This document shows, one piece after another, positions 59,530 to 64,000 of a stretch of DNA of 64,000 nt (positions are counted from its first letter, which is position 1; each line of letters opens with the position of its first letter). Origin of the DNA: a virus. Made by a program: the position numbers and the translations under genes. Under the pieces are notes generated by a model. It did not search any database, was not told the DNA's origin, and worked only from the letters and a program-made list of their open reading frames with translations. The stretch spans positions 4,256 through 68,255 of the IMG/VR virus record IMGVR_UViG_3300046352_000068; one strand, given 5' to 3'.

Positions 59530-60014
59530 TAACTTACAAGTTTTTCATTTCCTTTATATGGAACATATGAGGTTTTAGTGCCGTTCTTTGTAGCAATTAA
59601 AATCTCATTCTTATTTAAGCCTTCACCATAAGCCACGTGAACCCATCCCAGCTTTCCTTTCTCAGGAAACTCTGCAATTAATTGCTTGAATTTCAGGTTA
59701 TCTTTAATCCAGTGAAAAATTTGATTATTAGTAACTCCTGACGTAGCTCCATCCATGTCAATATCAATTGCTCTGCCATGACAGTGGTCTGAAGTAGCGG
59801 AACCTCCTACTGCAGCGTTTAATGCTTTTGATCTGTAGCCAGAGCTAATATGAATAGGTACACCAAAGTGATTTCTAATAGGCTCAAATACATTCTCTGC
59901 CAACTTCTTAAAGTTTTCTAAATGCTCAGGTGTTGGATCATTGCTAACGCCTTTTCTTTTTGCTGTTTCTGATCTTGTTACCTCCGAAAGGTCTAAGTGT
60001 TCTGAAATTCTCAT
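59529..60014 (-). CDS. Endolysin, peptidase M15 family
   Basis: ISSGYRS..LN.AVGG...SDH..GRAID, WVHV. Confidence 0.9.
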   Translation of the reverse strand: MRISEHLDLSEVTRSETAKRKGVSNDPTPEHLENFKKLAENVFEPIRNHFGVPIHISSGYRSKALNAAVGGSATSDHCHGRAIDIDMDGATSGVTNNQIFHWIKDNLKFKQLIAEFPEKGKLGWVHVAYGEGLNKNEILIATKNGTKTSYVPYKGNEKLVS

Positions 60015-60123
60015 TTAATTATTTGTCTAATTTGATCTTCATTAAAAAAATGTAAATAGATAAAATATATATCAATGCACATGGCAATGGCTACGATACA
60101 CGATACAATAAACCTTGTTAATT

Positions 60124-60459
60124 TCATTTACGTTTATATTCTAATACTGAAATTCTTGTTTGTAACTGAGCTATTTCTTTAATCAATTCTAGTTTCATGT
60201 CTGCACGAGATTGTTGAGCATTAGCCCTAATCTGCTCCATTTCTATTGTAGTACCTTGTGGTGGTATAGCTTTATTTTCAGTATTAACCACAATAGCAAC
60301 TTTATTCTCAAGTATTGTTAATTTATTCCTTGTTAATGATAATTCACTCATCAAGTAACCTATGCAAGAAATGCATATTGGAATAGAGGCCCAAACAAGT
60401 TTTTCTAAAATACTATCCTTGCCCACGACTTCTTTTTGTTTTTTTAGACTTTGGTCCAC
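60124..60459 (-). CDS. Membrane-anchored coiled-coil protein
   Basis: One TM segment followed by coiled coil; start uncertain. Confidence 0.55.
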   Translation of the reverse strand: MDQSLKKQKEVVGKDSILEKLVWASIPICISCIGYLMSELSLTRNKLTILENKVAIVVNTENKAIPPQGTTIEMEQIRANAQQSRADMKLELIKEIAQLQTRISVLEYKRK

Positions 60460-60532
60460 TTGTCTTTGAATGCTTACCCTTGCGTCTTACACCAAAGGTG
60501 ATCTTTTTAGCTTCATTACTCGCTTTCGCCAT
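60413..60532 (-). CDS. Small basic protein (39 aa, MAKASNEAKK...RSRGQG)
   Basis: Read manually; Lys/Arg-rich. Confidence 0.55.
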   Translation of the reverse strand: MAKASNEAKKITFGVRRKGKHSKTSGPKSKKTKRSRGQG

Positions 60533-60755
60533 TTGACTTACTATTTAATGCTTTATATCCTGCAATACCTAATGCTGCGGCCGCAAATGTCAAAAGAGAA
60601 ATGAAAATAAACTCTTTAATAACTAATTCACGGCCAAGAACTCCTGTTACAACATCTACAATAGTTATGATAACAACCAATCCAATTGCAATAAACGCTG
60701 CAACTGATTGCTCGTTGATGTCATTTGAATCCTTAAAGATATCTTTTAAAGCCAT
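60516..60755 (-). CDS. Putative holin (two TM segments)
   Basis: Two hydrophobic helices, near the endolysin. Confidence 0.55.
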   Translation of the reverse strand: MALKDIFKDSNDINEQSVAAFIAIGLVVIITIVDVVTGVLGRELVIKEFIFISLLTFAAAALGIAGYKALNSKSNGESE

Positions 60756-60910
60756 TTACTTCTTTCTTTAATAAGTTTGTACAACTTAAATCCCGTGTAC
60801 GCAATTGATATACCTAACAAGAATACACGTAGTGCAGCCTCGATAGTTGTAAATGACAGCATTAAGCTAGTCATGTTCAGTAGCCCTATTTTCAAATCGT
60901 CTTCAGTCAT
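60746..60910 (-). CDS. Small membrane protein (holin-like)
   Basis: MTEDDLKIGLLN...hydrophobic segment with basic C-terminus. Confidence 0.5.
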   Translation of the reverse strand: MTEDDLKIGLLNMTSLMLSFTTIEAALRVFLLGISIAYTGFKLYKLIKERSKWL

Positions 60911-60911
60911 C

Positions 60912-61175
60912 TTACCAAAGAGCAACAATGTTGGTAGCTGCTGTTCCTGTAGAGAAAACTCTTCTAACACGAACCTGTAAAGTTGTGCCTGTTGGAACTG
61001 CGTAGAATATAACCTCATCGCCACCAATCGTTAACACCTTTATATTACCAGCTCCACCAATGTAAAGGATACATCCTTCATCATTTGTTCCTCCTGATAC
61101 ACTAGGAATATTGTCTGTATTTGATGGAGTTACTGCTGCAGCACGCCCCGACTGTACATAATTTAAAACTCCCAT
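60912..61175 (-). CDS. Head spike base-like protein (RcGTA Rcc01079-like)
   Basis: AAAVTPS...LYIGGAGNIKV...VPTG..L.VRVRRV.STGT.AT.IVALW. Confidence 0.65.
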   Translation of the reverse strand: MGVLNYVQSGRAAAVTPSNTDNIPSVSGGTNDEGCILYIGGAGNIKVLTIGGDEVIFYAVPTGTTLQVRVRRVFSTGTAATNIVALW

Positions 61176-61176
61176 A

Positions 61177-61302
61177 TTATTTTTTCTTTGAAGTATTTGA
61201 CTTAATAACTCCCTTAGCGATTAAAACATCTTTCTTTGTAACTTTCCCGTCTTTATTCATATCAGGAAATGATTTACCAGTTTTCTTAATTACCTTCTTC
61301 AT
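61177..61302 (-). CDS. Small basic protein with EF-hand-like DMNKDGKVT
   Basis: 41 aa read manually; TAACTTTG box at 61322-61329. Confidence 0.6.
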   Translation of the reverse strand: MKKVIKKTGKSFPDMNKDGKVTKKDVLIAKGVIKSNTSKKK

Positions 61303-61330
61303 CTTTTTATTTTTATAGTAACAAAGTTAA

Positions 61331-61621
61331 TTATTTTTTTTTAGTCCCTCGGGCACGTCTATCGCCAGGCATATTATTTTTGTCTCCACGATTTTTTGAT
61401 GGAGATTCATACGTTAACCTTCCATTTTTATGATGCGACAAATCTTTTCCTGCATGAGGGCCAGTCTCATCCGAATACCCACCACGTTTGCGATTCTCCT
61501 TATTTAACTCGATGCGTTTTCTTAACTGCTCAGGACGCTTATTGTAGTCAGCTTGATAATCTAAGCGTTTAGCTCTAGCCTCTGGGTGAGTCTTATAATA
61601 AATTGAAGTTCTGCCTGCCAT
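61331..61621 (-). CDS. Small basic HNH-like protein
   Basis: GKDLSHH...S.NRG. Confidence 0.5.
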   Translation of the reverse strand: MAGRTSIYYKTHPEARAKRLDYQADYNKRPEQLRKRIELNKENRKRGGYSDETGPHAGKDLSHHKNGRLTYESPSKNRGDKNNMPGDRRARGTKKK

Positions 61622-62358
61622 TATCTGTAGCGTTTAGTTTTTTCTTTAACAGACTTGGGTTGAGAAACAAATTGCTTTCCCTTACTATTACCTTCAGCCT
61701 TGGCCTTATTTGTAGCCGCCTTTTGTGATGAAGACAAAGCATTCCAAGCAGACTCAGGTAGATAGCGTTTCTTTCCCTCAGACTTAACCTCTTTAGAAGA
61801 ACCCTTCTTTTTGTTTTCGCTAGTTGCAGATGTCATCCACTTTTGTGAACCCCAATCTTTTAAACTTTTTTGCGATTTTGCTAGTGCCATCTTAGTTCTT
61901 GTAACCTCCTCCTTTGCTTTTATACTCCTTTGCAAGAAGTTGTGCTTTTCTCCCGGACCATTCTCCAGGGTCACCACCTTTTGATCCTGCTTTTATTTTA
62001 TTAAATAAAGCCTTTCTCATTGTAGGCTTAGTATAATTACCCGCTTCATTTACTTTGCTCTTTGCCATTATTTTTTCTTCTTATGTGTATTCGCAAAATT
62101 ACGTGCAGCATCTACGCTGCCAAAACCCCAAGCCTTTAAAGCCAAGGCTTTTCTAGTTGGCTCACCATTTGGTTTCTTCATCGGCCCCGCCATCCCTGCA
62201 AATCTTGCAGCAAATGACACACGACGTGGGTTGGTGCCCTCTTTGACAGGAGCTTTAAGTGTGCCCTCTTTATAAGACGCACGACCCTTAGCATTTAAGC
62301 CGCCTCCTGTTTTATTTTTACCTTCGGCTCGTTGCCAGGCTTCAGTTTTATAAGCCAT
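61621..62358 (-). CDS. Three basic small proteins (61621-61890, 61892-62068, 62068-62358)
   Basis: SLKDWGSQKW...RYLP; NYTKPTMR...GEWSGRKAQLLAKEYK; GGLNAKGRAS...SFAARF...ALKAW. Confidence 0.7.
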
Positions 62359-63076
62359 TGTTTTTATTTTTATTGTAATTTACTATTTTTTCACAAAACA
62401 TTATAAACTCATTTATTTGAAAATTATTTTTCATAATGTTTACAACATAGCAAACTAACTGTACGTTTCCTTTTATATATCCTAGATTACTGTCAATTCT
62501 ATCTATACTTATATTTGTTGAATTACTTCCATGATTATATGTCATTTCTGTTCCAGATATATTACATAATCCTTTTTGATTTTCATACAAATCCAATAAG
62601 TATTGAATATCTATATTATATTCTTTTTTTCTTTTTGACGAATGGTTTAGTAACGTAGAAATATAGTTTTTATAACTAGAATGCTTTTTTATTATTTTAT
62701 TTGGATAATTTAGCTTATCTCTATTTGATGCGGATAATAAAACACAACTTTTACAAGTTGATCTATATTTAATCATGCCATCATCAAAGCATCCATTTTT
62801 ATAAAATTCATTTAGTGGTTTTGTACTATTACACTTTAAACAAACTCGAGAATTTTCTTTAATTATATTTTCATAAATAGGTCTTGACCTATTCTTCTTT
62901 ACTTTTTTCCTACATATTTTACATACTTGCCTATATCTTACAAAACCATCTTTACGTATAGAGTGTTTATAATATTCAGAACTCGGTTTATCTTCTAAAC
63001 ACTTTATACACTTTGCTTCTGTTTGATCTTCTGGCATCCTTAATATGTAAGGAGCGTAATTTAGGCGTGGATTCAT
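62348..63076 (-). mobile_element. Zn-finger repeat plus HNH-like endonuclease
   Basis: Two CxxC...K...F/Y...CxxC units; Q.GLC.ISG...SIDRIDS..GY..GNVQLVC..VN.MK; very AT-rich. Confidence 0.75.
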
Positions 63077-63128
63077 AAAAATGGAATTTTTTTGTAAATA
63101 TACAAATTTCCACTCAGATATATCCAAG

Positions 63129-63904
63129 TTATTTATTCTTTTTTATTTTTTCTGTATAATACTGATCTTTTCCTGTTTGGAACGGGAACATTGCGTTCAT
63201 GCGTTCTCTTCTATCAGCACAGCCGCAGTTATCACCTGCGACGGCTTTAACAGCGGCTGCAACACCTGTTACCTTAGCAACATGCTCGACTACGTCTCCT
63301 AAGCCTTTCATTATTTTTTCTTCATTACCTTAGCAACCTTAACTGCTTTAGTAGCAGCTGCAATTTTAGTAATGCCCATTGCCGTCTTAGGCATTGGGCG
63401 TGTCATTGGTGTCTTTTCCATATTATGTATTTTACCTACGTTACCTTTTAAAAAGCTCATATATCCGTCTAAAGATTTAGCGGATTCAAACTTAGCGGCT
63501 CTTTTGATAACGTCTTTCATTACTTATTTTCCAAATAGTGAAGCAAGCCCACTGGTAATCTTACTCATCATGCCTTCTGAAGAAGGAAGCGGTGTATCAC
63601 GGCCTGCTGTTGCATTAGCCTTAGCCATTGCTGCATCAGCACGAGATTTCAAACCAACAGATTTGGCTGAATCAGCAGATGCTTTTTTTTGCATGCTATT
63701 TGCTATACCTACTCTTTCTTTTTTAGAAAATCCACCGCCATAAATATCTTGATATTTTTGCCCAGTCTTGTTGTAAGGTACTCCTTTTGACATTTGCATT
63801 TGATCAAATGCTGTTTCTTTTAATGATTTAGAATTAGTCATCAACGAATCAGAAATCTCGTAAGCACGTTTGGCAGATATCTGCCCTGGTTTCATCTTTG
63901 CCAT
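63129..63904 (-). CDS. Three small hypothetical proteins (63129-63311, 63311-63520, 63524-63904)
   Basis: GLGD...TG...CGC..R in the first; the others Lys/Met-rich. Confidence 0.65.
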
Positions 63905-63906
63905 AA

Positions 63907-63999
63907 TTATTCTGGGAATGAAGGTGATGCAGCCAAAGGATAATCCCGGCCTGTTGCTTTTTTAACTGCAGCGTTTGCTAATGAACGGTAGCGTTTAGC
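63907..63999 (-). CDS. 3' end of a gene truncated by the window edge
   Basis: ...AKRYRSLANAAVKKATGRDYPLAASPSFPE stop. Confidence 0.55.
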   Translation of the reverse strand, partial: AKRYRSLANAAVKKATGRDYPLAASPSFPE

Positions 64000-64000
64000 A

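Noticed and set aside
1-64000. Stop-codon reassignment as seen in some crAss-like phages
   Set aside because: Long genes are intact under the standard code, TAG and TGA end well-defined genes (nrdA and capsid use TAG), and no suppressor tRNA was seen.

Overview
This window looks like most of the genome of a podovirus-like tailed phage. The host is probably a Bacteroidetes (Flavobacteria-like) bacterium, judging by repeated TAnnTTTG promoter boxes, no obvious Shine-Dalgarno use and a BACON domain. The + strand arm (867-25072) holds early, recombination, replication and nucleotide-metabolism genes: Sak-like annealase, RecE-like exonuclease, SSB, a putative origin, primase-helicase, SF2 helicase, class I RNR, MazG-like protein and RNA ligase. 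The - strand arm (25125-64000, continuing at 92-232) holds ejection proteins, tail, major capsid, portal, terminase, a Gly-Thr-Ser-repeat tail fibre and lysis genes. The arms converge at a bidirectional terminator near 25.1 kb. No DNA polymerase, RNA polymerase, integrase, tRNA or CRISPR array was recognised. Main observations: (1) three free-standing HNH endonuclease genes each sit behind an 80-100 nt leader of promoter, hairpin 1, hairpin 2 and U-tract, in which the two loops are exact complements (kissing loop) but differ between copies; a fourth, degenerate copy precedes another gene; (2) an ORF-less ~170 nt transcription unit with repeated CC-x-UAAGAAC hairpin loops; (3) a GT4 plus Aah/TibC-like heptosyltransferase fusion near a tail fibre with long (G-T-S)n tracts; (4) an HNH gene fused to a duplicated 5' end of the helicase gene. 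All calls come from reading motifs by eye; no database searches were run.
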